From Piromyces finnis finn (Eukaryota > Fungi > Neocallimastigomycota): a stretch of DNA of 64,000 nt. Both the position numbers and the translations under genes were made by a program. The notes under the pieces are model-generated. The model did no database searches and was not told where the DNA came from. It saw only the letters and a list, made by a program, of their open reading frames with translations. The stretch covers positions 310,001 through 374,000 of the forward strand of contig MCFH01000009.1 in NCBI GenBank assembly GCA_002104945.1, in the 5' to 3' direction. How positions within the stretch are numbered: the first letter of the stretch is position 1; each line of letters opens with the position of its first letter. This document shows positions 17,787 through 35,800 of the stretch, in pieces.

Positions 17787-19699
17787 AAAAGTAATAATTG
17801 ACAGATAAATATATAAAAAATAAATTAATTATTATTTTAAAAAAAAGGAAAAAAATCTTTTTTATATTTTCTGTGTAATTTAATTTAATTAAATTTAATA
17901 TGTTTTGATTTAATATGTATATTTTAATATATGAACCTGTCAAAAAAAATATAATATATTATTGAGTTTTACTATTTATAGATTATAATTTTATGATTAT
18001 TATGGATGTATTTTGAATAATAATTTTATATTAATAATTAGCAGTATTATTCATATTTTCACTTTTAGTAAAGAGATGGGAAAATAATAAAGATAATATT
18101 AGATGATTTAAGTTTTAAGATTTATGTTTCGAAGTTTATAATATTAAATAATTTAATTAATAAACTATTATATTATTAATATAATTAGTTACATATATTA
18201 AATAAATTACAATTCAAATGTTAAAATCTTTTAATCAAAACTTTATTTAATATAAATTTAATTAATTAATATTTTAAATTTTTATTTTTATAAGTTTTTT
18301 TTTATTATTTTTCTCTCTATCTTCATTATTTATAATATTATTATTTATATTATGGTATTGGATTTGAGTAACTTTTTTATTTATAGATATTTTTTTCAAT
18401 TGAGTATATTACTATTTTAATAACATTAATACTTTAATAAATATTGCTATATAGATCATTAAATAGCCTTTAATAATTCACTTTATATAATAATATATAA
18501 AATATAAAAATCATTCATGAAATATAGTATGAATGTAATGTATGCAAGGATAATAATAATAAAATATATATTGAGTATTAAATGCATGATATGTATAAAT
18601 ATTTACACTAGTTTTTATGCATTTACAATCTATGTAATAGAATTAATTGAATGTATATCACCATTATAAAATTAAAGGTCATTCATATGTCTTGGAATAC
18701 ACAGAATTAATACAAAGTCAAGCCTAATAACAAGAATTAAAGCTAGATCTATTTTTAGATATTGAATTTACTAGAAAAAAGAAAAGCACAAGTCAATATA
18801 ATTTCAAATGGAATTAAAAAAATTAAAATATATAGAATATAAAATAAATGATAAATAATTTTATATTGATATTGTTATAAAAATTTTCGTTTTTAAAAAT
18901 ATCGTTTTGTAAATATTTCCTTTTTTTTTTATTTTACAATTGTATCTATGTCTTATTATATATATATATATGAAGGAAAAAAAGAAAGATAAGAAAAAAA
19001 AACTTTTTTGGTAAATTATTTACTACTGGTATTTTATTTTAATAATATTATGTAGGTTAAAAATTATTATTTTAAAAAGTTTTTTTTACTCATTTTAGTT
19101 TGTTTGTATTATTGTTAAATATTATACTTTATTATCTAGTTATTATAAATATTAAAGTTATGAAATAAAAAAGAGGCATATAAAAAAGATGTGATTATTA
19201 TAAATATTTCTAAAGATTATAAATCATTTTCGTTGATTTTCATTATATTTATATAGTTTTTGAATTATTCATAATTAAAACCTTATAAATTAAAGTATTT
19301 AAAAGTTAAATTATTAAGAAATTTCATTTAGTATTTCTTGTTGTTTCATTCATTATTGGAAAATTTTATTTAATATATTAAAAATTAAATATTATAATAA
19401 TTAGAAAAAATCTTTAATTTATTTTTTTATTAGTATTATATTAATGTATAGATAGAATCTGTCAAAATTTTTCTTTTTTCTTTTCTTTAAAAAAAAAAAA
19501 GTTAAAAATAAACAGTAGTAATTGAATATATATATAATAATAAGAATAAAAAACTCATTATATTTAAATAATATTAAACAATAATAGATTGTGGAGAAAT
19601 AACGACAACTATTATTAATAATACATTATAATAAAATAAAATATAAACAAATAAACAATAATACTCAAATAACATTACTAAATAATAAATATAATAAAC

Positions 19700-20964
19700 A
19701 TGAGTTATATCGAAGTTTGTTTAATACAAGCAAAAAATTTATTACCTATTGGAGCTGAATCTAAAAATGGTCAGTTTATATAATATACTAAATATATAGA
19801 AATAAAGATTAAATTTTAAAGGAAAAAAAAAAAAAGTGATATCATAAGTATTCAATAGGAATTATTTATTAATATAAATATAATGAATTTTTAAATTATT
19901 AATAAAAAAATCAAAAAAATTCATTTAAACAGGAAAAGATCTTTCCGTTGATCCATACGCAATAATTAATTATGATAGTTACTCCGAAAATTCAAAAATC
20001 ATTTATGATACAAATTCTCCAGTTTGGCGTGAAAGTTTTTTCTTTGAATGCAAAAATCCAACAAATGTAATTAATTATATATACTTAATACAATACTTAA
20101 CCAAACCTATATAATATAAAATAAAATTATTAAAAATCTATTCGTTAATGTCATTAATACAATAATAAAACAATAAAAATTAAATATAAAAGGTTAAAGT
20201 TGAAGTAATTATTCATGATAAAGAATTTTGCGTTTCGGATTTATTAATTGGTCGAGCTGAATTTACTTTTAACGATGTAAAGTTAAATGACTATAGTAAA
20301 CAATGGGCATCTATTGTTGATGGAGAAGTATATATATATATTTAAGACGAAATTGATATAAATTATATAATAAATATTTAATTAAAAAAAATAAATATTC
20401 TTTTTTTTTTAAAAAAAAAGGGTGAAATTGAAGTTGCCGTTAGCTTAAGACAATATGATTATCCAGGTGTAGCAAAAAGTAAAGCTGGAAAGAAAGATAA
20501 ACATTTTCAGGTAAAGTTATAACCAAAAAATTCAACGGTAAAATAAAAGTAATAAATAATAACTTTTATATTAAATTTCATATTGTCTTTTTTTTTTATT
20601 CACAAATTTATATTATTAATAAATATATATATCATAATATAATTTTTTTCCTATTAATCTTTTGTATTAATAAAAATGATGATATGATGATTGATATTAA
20701 TACTGGAATTTATTGTTGATTAAAACAAATAAACCAAAACAAATTTTAAAAACCAATTTTATCAAATTGACGAATTATTTTATAAATAATATAAAATAAT
20801 AATGGATGTGGAATATTTGAATAATTGGGGAAAATAAATAATATGTAATATATTTAATTATATATTATATATATAGTAATATTAATAAGAATTTTTGAAA
20901 ATCTTAAATAAAAATATATAGTTTTTCAATACTTTTTTTACTTTTTTTTCTTTCTTTCTTTCTT

Positions 20965-21005
<41 letters not shown>

Positions 21006-24000
21006 GAAGATATAGTTATTATAATATATTAATTATTTATATTTAATCTATTTATTTTATTAGGATGCTGACAATCAGGTTAATAGAGCATGGGCAGGCG
21101 CAATTGTCAAACCAGATAATGCACCATCAGTTACCAATAAATTACCAATTCAATCTTTAGTTCTTGAACATGTTTATGGTACTTATAAATTATAAAAATA
21201 TGATATACTTATAATAATTCTGTGTAATGTTAATATTTCTATTTTTATTGTGTTAATATAAAAAATTATTTGAATATAAATATTAAAAAAAGGTTATCGT
21301 ACTCGTGATACTCGTGATAATTTATTTGCTCTTGATTCAAATACTATAGTATATCATGCAGCAGCAGTTGGTATTGTACATAATATTAAAACTAGAAAAC
21401 AACGCTTCTTTAATGGCTCACATGTTGATGATATTCTTTGTCTTACCCGTCACCCAAATAATAAATATATCGCAACTGGTGATATTGTTAGCTTAAATGG
21501 TGAAGGTCCAATTGTTGCTATATGGGATGCTACAGCACCAGAAGCTGCTCCATTAGTTGTTTTTAAAATTGAAGAAGGAAGAATTATGCGTGGTGTTTCT
21601 ACTATGGGGTTCTCTAGTGATGGAAAATACTTAATAGTTGTTACTAGTGATAACTATCATTCTGTTCGTATTTATGATTGGAAAGCCAAAACTTTATTAT
21701 GTACCGAAAAGGGACATTCTGATAAAATCTTGGATATTGACAATCATCCAAAGGATCCAAATTCCTTTGTTACAGTTGGTGTTAAGCATATAAAGTTTTG
21801 GAAATATGATAGCGCATCTAAACGTTTTACCACTAAAAAGGGTTTATTTGGAAAAAATAAAACTCAAGTAAGAGCAACAAGAATATTCATTTACTATTTA
21901 TTATTAAATTAAAAATAAAAACAATACTTTTTATTATGAATAATGAAAATTCAAATTTATATATATTATTAAATATTATAAAAAATACTAATATTTTAAT
22001 TGGTTTTAATTTAATATGTTTAATATTATTTATAAAAGACAATTTTATGCCCATTATACATTGGTAATGGTGATATTTTACTCACTGGTACATATGATGG
22101 TGATATTTATATTTGGAATACCAAGACCTGTGATATTATGGGTACTATAAGTACTGGTCATAATTCCATTTATAGTTTTGCTTATAATCCAGAATTTGGT
22201 TTAGCATGTGGTCATCGTGATGGTTTTATTACTTTATTTGATGTTAATGAAACTAATGGAAAATTGAAAAAGATTACAGAAGTTAATATTGGTTTTTCCG
22301 TTAAATCATTAGACTTTAATCCAGATGGTCATTTAATTGTCGGTACTTCTGAAAGTGCTATTTTTATGATTAAGAATTTCCAAAAAAAAGATCCACAAAC
22401 TGATATTGAATTATTGTTCCAAGTAAGTTAATTCTTCTTATAATTATTATATAAATATTAAATAAAATTAATAAATATAAAATTTCAAATATAAATATCT
22501 TTAAAAAAAAATTATTGATAATTTATTTATATATTAGAGTCATAGTGCCGCTAAGATGGAAGAATTATGGGGTCTTGATGGTAATCCATCAAATGAAAAT
22601 GAATTTGCTACATGTTCAGATGATGGTTTAGTTAATATTTGGGATACTGAACAATATAAACAAGTAAATTTAAATAATTAAGATTCTTTTTTTTTTTTTT
22701 TTTTTTTTTGAGGTTGTTGTAATTAACATTATAATTCAATGTCATATTATAACAGAAATGCTATACTAATTTAAAAAATGAAAAACTTCGTTCAATTTCA
22801 TTCTCTCCAGATGGTAAAAAATTATTTGTTGGTTGTGTTTCAGGAAATGTTAGTATTAAATATTATAATAGAGTGTAATATATAATATTATTTCTAGAGC
22901 AAACAATTTCTCAATATTAAAATTTAATCATTTTTCTTTTTGTTAAATATAAATAGATATATGTTTTAGATGCTAATGATCTCTCTATAATTAAAACAAT
23001 TCCATATGAGCAAAGATCATTTATTAAATCAAATGAACATGATATTACTGTAATAAAGTGTTCACCAGACGGCACAAAAATTGCTTCAGGTAATCGCGAT
23101 TGTGTAATTAACGTCTATAGTACTAAAAACTATAATAGAATTAACACTTTAATCGTAAGTTTTTATAATTATATAATATTAATAATATATAGAAAATAAC
23201 AATTTTTATTTAATTAAATAATAATTATGTGTAGGGTCATTCAAGTACTATAGTTCATATGGATTGGTCTGTTGATTCAAAATATCTTCAATCAGATTCA
23301 TCTGATTGTGAAATTCTTTATTGTAAATAATATTTATTTATAAAACATTTAATTGATTTTCATTATTTTCAAATGCATTAACTAAGTATTATAAATTTCA
23401 ATAGGGAATATTGATGATATGGCTCAAGTTACAAAGATGGATGAAATTAAACCTGTTCGCTGGAACTCTTGGTCATTAATTCTTGGTTGGCCAGTCCAAA
23501 GTATTTGGGAAAGTGGATGGAGTAACTCAACTGTAATAATAATATTAATTTTATTTTTTTATTATTTATTTTTTTATTTCTATTTCTTATTATATTTTCT
23601 AAATAAAAAATTATTATTATTATTATTATTATTTTAGATTAATGCTGTTGCTAGAGATAAGAGAGAAAAATTATTAGTTACTGCTGATGATAATAGTCAA
23701 GTTAGATTATTTTCCTATCCAGTTGCTCTTGATAAAGTAATACCATTACTAAATATTAAATATTATTTTTACTTTAATTATTAATTTTTTTTTTTTTTTT
23801 TTTCATTTCCTAATTAATTTAGCAACCATGTAAGAGATATTCTGGACATTCATCCCATGTTACTAATGTTACATTCCTTGGTAATAAATATGTTATTTCA
23901 ACTGGTGGTATGGATGGTTCTATTTTCCAAGTAAGTTAATAAATATTGTACATATTATTTATGAATAGAAGTAAATGAATGTATTAACCTATTTATCCTT

Positions 24001-24041
24001 ATAACTATTTATAATTAATACAGTGGAGAATTAAAGAATAA
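19700..24041 (+). CDS. C2 domain fused to an EML/EMAP HELP-WD40 (TAPE) domain, ~14 exons
   Basis: Exons 1-4 encode C2 (IEVCLIQAKNLL..DPYAII..NSPVWRESFFF..IIHDKE..SDLLIGRAEF..GEIEVAV). A 553-nt intron (CAG|gtaaag..tag|GAT) joins it in phase 0 to the HELP motif (RAWAGAIVKP..LVLEHVYGYRTRDTRDNLF) and EML WD repeats ending YSGHSSHVTNVTF..ISTGGMDGSIFQWRIKE. Confidence 0.8.
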
Positions 24042-24465
24042 TAAAAACAAAAGTAAAATATTAAGTATCTAATAATAAAAAAAATTGATATATATTTTAA
24101 TAATTGAAAACACAAAAAAAAAGTGTTTTTTTTTTTTTTTTTCTTAATTTTATTTAATTACAAAAACAATATTAAATAATAATAATAATAATACTATAAA
24201 TATCTATTATAAAATTTTCTTTTTTATTATTAATATTTTGTTGAAACATAAATAATATCAAATAAAATATAAAATGCTGTAGAAATAAAAATAAATAAAT
24301 AAAATTTGAATGAAAAAATATTTTATATCTTATTATTGTTATAATTCAGTTTTGTGTATGTTTTTTTAAATCGTAAATATTTTATATTATAATAGTTGAG
24401 ATTAATGTTAAAATTTGATAGATTTTTATAATTACAATTTTTTTATTTTTAAATATATATATATG

Positions 24466-25369
24466 TTAAATTTCATTGACTAAAGAATCACTTTTTCCAT
24501 TGATAAATAAACCAATCCAAACTTCTTTATTTTTGTCATAATATTTTCCTGGACCATTCATTCTGATTATATATTGCATTAATAATAGTAGAAAATAGAA
24601 GAAAAAAAAAAAGGAAAAGGAAAATTACGTTATTGATAATATCTTTAGTAAATCATTGATATATATATAAAAGGTATAAAAAATAAAAAAAAAAAAAAAA
24701 AAAAAAAAATCGAAATATAAAGTTTACTTATTTTCAAGCCATTCTCCAATATAATAAGATCCGTCAGACCATCGATAAGTTCCTGTCCCATTATACTTAT
24801 TATTTAACCAGTCTCCTTCATATGAATTTCCATTTGCATATTCAATTTTTCCTATTTTATAAATCAAATACAAATGAATATCAACATTTATTTTATATTG
24901 GATAATTGGATAGGAATTATTTTATGTTACTTTACTAAATATATTATAATAAATCAAATATTATACCTTTTCCATTTATTTCATCATTAACCCATTCACC
25001 TTCATATGTGGATTGATTACTTAATGATACAAATTTTCCATGACCTGATCTTACAATTTTTCCATTTTCTGATTCTTTATAATCTCCTTCTTTATATAGA
25101 TGATAATATTTTTTTTTTTTTTATTTAGTCAAATATTTTTTCGAAATTAAAACAACAATATTCAAAATATAATTACCATATGTTGAACCATCGGGGAAAA
25201 TAAAAGTATTGGTTTTGATTACTATTAAATTTTTTTTATATATATATATATATATAAAAAAAAAAATTAATATTTTTATAATTATTTAAATATTGTAAGG
25301 ATTCAATTTACCTGATTCTTGCCTTGAATTTGCTTTTTTTCTATTATTTTCTTTATTATTTTTTACCAT
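24466..25369 (-). CDS. MORN2: Small MORN-repeat protein, MORN2-like, 5 exons
   Basis: Spliced: FIFPDGSTYEGDY..IVRSGHGK..STYEGEWVNDEINGKGKIEYANGNSYEGDWLNNKYNGTGTYRWSDGSYYIGEWLENKMNGPGKYYDKNKEVWIGLF. Colinear with recalled MORN2. Confidence 0.75.
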
Positions 25370-26073
25370 TTTTAAATTTTATATATAAAAAATTAATAAA
25401 TTATTTATGTTTATATAATCTATCTTTTTATACGAATTTCGAAAAGTAATAATTGTTTAGTGTTTAATCATTTAAAATAAAGAATAAAGTTTTTTAACTT
25501 GAACAAAATAAAATGTATATTTAAATAATTTTTTTATTAATTTGTCAACTTTTTTTTCTATATAAAAAAAGCGCAGTTTGTATTTCTTGTGGAATATTTT
25601 TTATTATTTTTAAATTATATAACTAATTTTGTTATATCATTTAAATTAAATAATAAATGATAAAACCATAGTAATTATTATTATACTACTACTATTAAAA
25701 TATTCTAGGAATGAATATTAAATCTTGACATAAAATTTTTTTTTAAAACAATTTTTTTTTTAAATCAAAATTTTAAAATATAAATTAATTATTGATTAGG
25801 ATTTCATTATTGGAATATTCCGGGGAAAAAAAAAAAAAAAGTAAATTCTAATAATGATAGAATGTGTATTTTCTTTAATAATAATAATAATAATAATAAT
25901 AATATAAAATAATTAGAAGATTTCAAATAAAAATATATAAAATACTTTTATTATCTTCTTTAATGCAACAGTAATAAAAAATAAAAAAAAAAAAATATCT
26001 ATTAGAAAATATTGAAAAATAGAAATATCAATATCAATAATTATAAATAAATATTCAAGCATTGAAAACAAAA

Positions 26074-27015
26074 ATGGCAAAGAAAATTTATTTTCTATCG
26101 ACAATATTGTTTCTGATAAATACCATTTCTTGTCAATATTTATATAAAACTGAATATAATATGAATCAAATATTAGAATTAAAAGTGTAATGTATAATCT
26201 TTTTTTAATATATATTATTTATTAATATTAATAGAAATTCTAATTCCTTAATACTATATTCTATAACTAAAATAAAAATAAATTATTAAAATTTAAATTT
26301 TAAATTCTTCAGAGTTGAATGTACTAAAAATTCTGATTGTCCAAGTTATAGTAATGGTTGTTATATTCCGGCATTACCTGAAAATAGAAAAAATGGTTTT
26401 TGTAATGTATATTATATTTGTCATGATGACGAAAGCAACTGTTATGTATTGAATAAGAATGATATCGAAGAAAATGAAGAATATGGTTTAAATGTTTCAA
26501 ACAAAGTTGATTATAATTACCCATTTTATAATGTAACTAATAAAATAAAAGAACAACTTATACTTACTACATGTGATAGAAATAATATTAAAAATAACAA
26601 ATGCATGACAGAATTCTGTTTCAAGCATAGCGATTGTTTCTCAAATCATTGTTATTTAGGGAATTGTGAAACCTTTAAAGAAAAAAAAGCACATATTTGT
26701 TCATTGGTATCACCAATTGATAATTATAGTATAAATTACGAAACCGTATATAGCATAATGTGTAAATATGCAAAACAAGAAGAGTGTGAATATAATTCAG
26801 ATTGTTTTACTAATTTGTGTGATAATATTTCAGGTCTATGTGTTAATGAGAAAGAAGTGGGAAAATTGCATGAAAAAGAGAATAAAAATATTTTAGGTTT
26901 ACCTCCTGTTCTATTTTTTATAATAATTTTTATGTTGATAATTCCATTTTGTGTATATTGCTGTTGTAGAATTCCATTAGCAAAACGTAATCGTGGAGTT
27001 CGATTAAATGATTAA
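26074..27015 (+). CDS. Cys-rich single-pass surface protein (signal peptide, CxxxxDC repeats, TM); apparent 1-nt frameshift after codon 4
   Basis: Exon 2: ECTKNSDCPSYSNGC..FCFKHSDCFSNHC..ECEYNSDCFTNLC..TM LPPVLFFIIIFMLIIPFCVYCCC. The exon 1 signal peptide FYFLSTILFLINTISC is one base out of frame with the ATG. Confidence 0.75.
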
Positions 27016-27478
27016 ATTTTAATACTGTAATATAATATCAAGAATTATTAATTAATAAATATAACTAATACTTTCAGTCTTATTAATCATATAACAGTGA
27101 TAATAAGAAATTTAATACTACCATCAGTTAATATAATTTATAGATTTTCTAAAATATTATAATATTTTTATGATAAATAAAATAATAAAGCAACTAAATA
27201 ACATAATAATAAAACAAATAGCATTTTATCAATAATTTCTATTAAACTTTTTTCATTTTCTTATTTATTAATAAGAATTAATTTTTTTTTTTTTTTCGGT
27301 ATAAATATTTAAAATAATTATCTTTTTTCAATTAATATAAATTAAATAAATAAATAAATAATAAATAAATAGATATGAAAACTATATTTTTTATTTTAAT
27401 AATAAAAAAAATAATAAAAAAAAAAGAAAAGAAAGAAAGAAAATAAAAAATAAAAACTCAAGTAAACTATTTATAACT

Positions 27479-31800
<4,322 letters not shown>

Positions 31801-32871
31801 TATTTATCTTAATTCTAATTAATAAATCAAGAAATCTATTTCTATTTCTTCTTTTCACAAATCATTTACAAAATTATTAAAAGTAATTTGAAATTAAAGA
31901 ATATTATATATATATATATTTTCCCCTCCCTATATATTTAATTTTTGGTAATTTAATAATGGTAAATATTATTTTTACTGTAACATATTATTTAAAGTTT
32001 ATATTAATCAAAAAATTTAAATATATTTAATAAATATTTTAACCTTTTTTAAAAATTTTTAAATTTTTATATAAGATCTTTTTTTTAATTAAGATAGTTT
32101 GGTTCAAACTATACTTTTTTATATATATATATAATGTTAGTATGGTATGAATAGATAATAAAATAAATATATTTGTAACATTATTAATAATTATTTTATT
32201 ATATATAAATAAATTCTTGAAATGTTCAATAAAATATTTGCTATATACTTTCTTCTTTTCTTTTTTAAAGAATAAAAGGAAATGTTTAAACAAATATAAT
32301 GGTCATAATGAAAATTAATATGTCTATTTATACATTTAAAAAGAATCATATAAAGATTTCATATTCTTTTAAATAAAAGGTTCCATTTTCAAAAATTTGT
32401 TTTATAAAACAAATATATCTTTGTAAATTTATAATACTTGAAATACAACTTAAATCATAAGTATATATATAAATAACTTGTATATGTTTAAAAAAGTGGT
32501 TAGATACCAATAAGTTCATATAAATAATTAAAGTATTAGTTATGTTGTTTATTTCATTTATTATAATAATATTATTAATTTCAAAATAAACTTTTTTTTT
32601 ACTAATTAATTATATATTTTATATTTCACCTGTTTATATGTATATATTATCCATTATGATAGAAGTAGTTAAACCTTTTTTTTTTTTATGTGATAGGAAA
32701 ATTTCAATATATTTAAATATAATTAAATAATTTAAATTTTGTGATACATGATTATTATAAAATTTAATTTTTTAACTTTATTTTTTTTTTTAAATTTTTA
32801 ATCTTTGACTATTATAAATAAAATAAAAAGTAATAATAATAAATATAAATGAATAAAATCTAAATTTTATA

Positions 32872-35800
32872 ATGGATGATTACGAAAGAAAGCAATTATT
32901 AATTGCTGGAAAAAAAACAGTAAGAAAAAAAATAAAATTATCAGATATATAATAACATTAAAAAAAATGAGAAAAAAATGTACTTATTATATTTTATTTA
33001 ATTAATAGTTTCAAAAGTTTAGAAACAATAAAAAAAGTACAAGCTCTAATGCTAACAATAAATTAATAGAAAAGGAAAAAAATAAAATTAAAAATAAGAT
33101 TAAATCTCCAACAATAGAACAGTCATTTTCTTTAGATAAGGTAAATTTCACAATGAAATAACATATAATTAGTATAATGATATATATACTAATTAATATT
33201 ATTAACTTTTATTTAAAATTTATTTTCCAATTTTAATGTATTATGTTTTTATTGATTTTATCATATGCATATTTTTTTATTTTATTAAAGGATATTGAAA
33301 ATAAAGACATCTATTTAACTAATAATAATAATAGTAGTAATGACAACAACAACAACAATAATAATATAAATATTTCAAACAATGAACAAGCAATAGACAA
33401 TAAACAAACTTCAAATAATATAGTAAATTCTGAAGTAGTAGTAGTAAACAATAAAATTGAAATAGAAGAAAATAAAGTGGAAAAAGAACAAAATATACAT
33501 AAGCAAAATGAAAATATAACACAAATAAGTAATTGTGATAATAGAAGTGAAAATGATATAGAAGAGAAATTAGGAAATACAGTCACAGAATCTGAAAAAC
33601 AAGTAGATATTATTGTAGAAAGCACAGAATTTAAAGAAATGGTTAATAAATATGAAAGAAAAATAAATAATCTACTTTCGGTTAATGAAGAATTAGAGAG
33701 TCGCCTTTCAAAATTAGAAAAAGAATTAACATTATATAAAATAAATCTTGATAAAAACAATAATGTAATTAATTGTTTATTGGATGAAAATGCAAATCTT
33801 GTTGAAAATGCAAATCTTACTCAGTCTCAAGAATCATTAAAAACATCTAACTCAAGCCTAAATAAAACTTATGAAGCATCACAAAATAAAAGCTATGTCA
33901 TAAGCGAAATCGATAAAGACTTGTTAGATAGTTCAACTATGGAATTAAGTACTTTAAGACATGATTTGGCTGTTGTAAATTTAGAATTACGTGAAAAGAA
34001 TTTAGAAATTGAACAAGCCAATACTTTAAAACAACAAATACTTGATTTGAAAAAACAATTAGAAACTGAAATTGATAGAAATCAAAAAATTGAAGATAAT
34101 TATTCTAATAATTTGTATCAATTCCAAGAAAAAAGTAACGCAAAAGTTATTCAATTAGTGGAAGAAATTGAAACATATCAAAATCAATTAAAAAATATAA
34201 AATTAAAGCTCCAACAAAAGAAAGAAATCGAATCATTAAAAAAAGAAAGTATGGATAAATTTATAATATTTCTTTAAATTTAAACCTAAAAAGAATAACA
34301 AAATTAACTATTCTATTTATTATTTATTCTTATATTATGCATGTATATTTATTTAATTTTTATAGTAAAAAATGATATAGATAGTGATTTAGATGATCAG
34401 TCGAATTTGGATAATATTAATACCATAAATGAATTAACCAAAAAATGCTTGGAATATGAAGAAAATGAGAAAAAATTAATAAAAAAATGTAAAGAATATG
34501 AAGTAGAAACAAAAGAATTAAAAGATAAAATCAGTCAAGTATCAGAGGAAAGTGTATCAAATAATAATAATACTAATGAATATTCAGAATTATTTGAAAA
34601 ATATAAGCAATATGAGCAAAATATTATTGAACTTAAAGAAAAGTGTAAAAACTACGAAGAGACTATTTCTAATAACGATACACTAGATGATAAGAAAATA
34701 AACGAAAAGTTTTTAAAGTTTGAAGAGAGTGAAAAGAAATTATTAAGTGAATTAAATGAATATGAACAAAATAAGAAAGAATTAATGGAAAAAATCTCAT
34801 TTTATGAACTAAAAGAAAAAGAATTAATGGATAATATAAAAAAGTTTGAAGAAAAGATAAAAGAATTAAATAATACAATCGAGAAATGTGAACAAATAAA
34901 TAAAGAATTAAATGATAAATGTAAGCAATATGAATTAAATGAAAAAGAATTAATAAATAAATACGAAAATTATCAAGAAGACAATAATTTAAATAATCAT
35001 AATGAATTAAAGGAAAAATGTAAACAATATGAAACAAGAGAAGTTGAGTTAAATGAAAAGTGTAAGGAATTAGAAGAAAAAGAAAAAGAATTGACTAAAA
35101 AGTGTAATCAATATGAAATTAAAGATAAAGAATTAACTGAAAAATGTAATCAATATGAAATTAAAGAAAAAGAATTAACTGAAAAATGTAATCAATATGA
35201 AACTAAAGAAAAAGAATTAACTGAAAAATGTAATCAATATGAAACTAAAGAAAAAGAATTAACTGAAAAGTGTAATCAATATGAAATTAAAGAAAAAGAA
35301 TTAACTGAAAAATGTAATCAATATGAAATTAAAGAAAAGGAATCAGTTGAAAAATTTAATCAATATGAAAATAAGGAAAAAGAATCAATTGAAAAACTTA
35401 ATCATTATAAAACAAAAGAGCAAGAATTAAATGAAAAGTATAGTCAATATGAAGTTAAAGAAAAAGAATTAACTGAAATGTGTAGTCAATATGAAAACAA
35501 AGAAAAAGAATTAAATGAAAAGTATAGTCAATATGAAGTTAAAGAAAAAGAATTAACTGAAATGTGTAGTCAATATGAAAACAAAGAAAAAGAATTAAAC
35601 GATAAGGTTAGTCAATTTGAAGTTAAAGAAAAAGAATTAACTGAGAAGTACATTCAATATGAAAATAAAGAAAAAGAATTAAACGAAAAGTATAGTCAAT
35701 ATGAAACCAAAGAAAAAGAGTTAAATGAAAAATATAGTCAATATGAAACTAAAGAAAAAGAATTAAATGAAAAATATAGTCAATATGAAACCAAAGAAAA

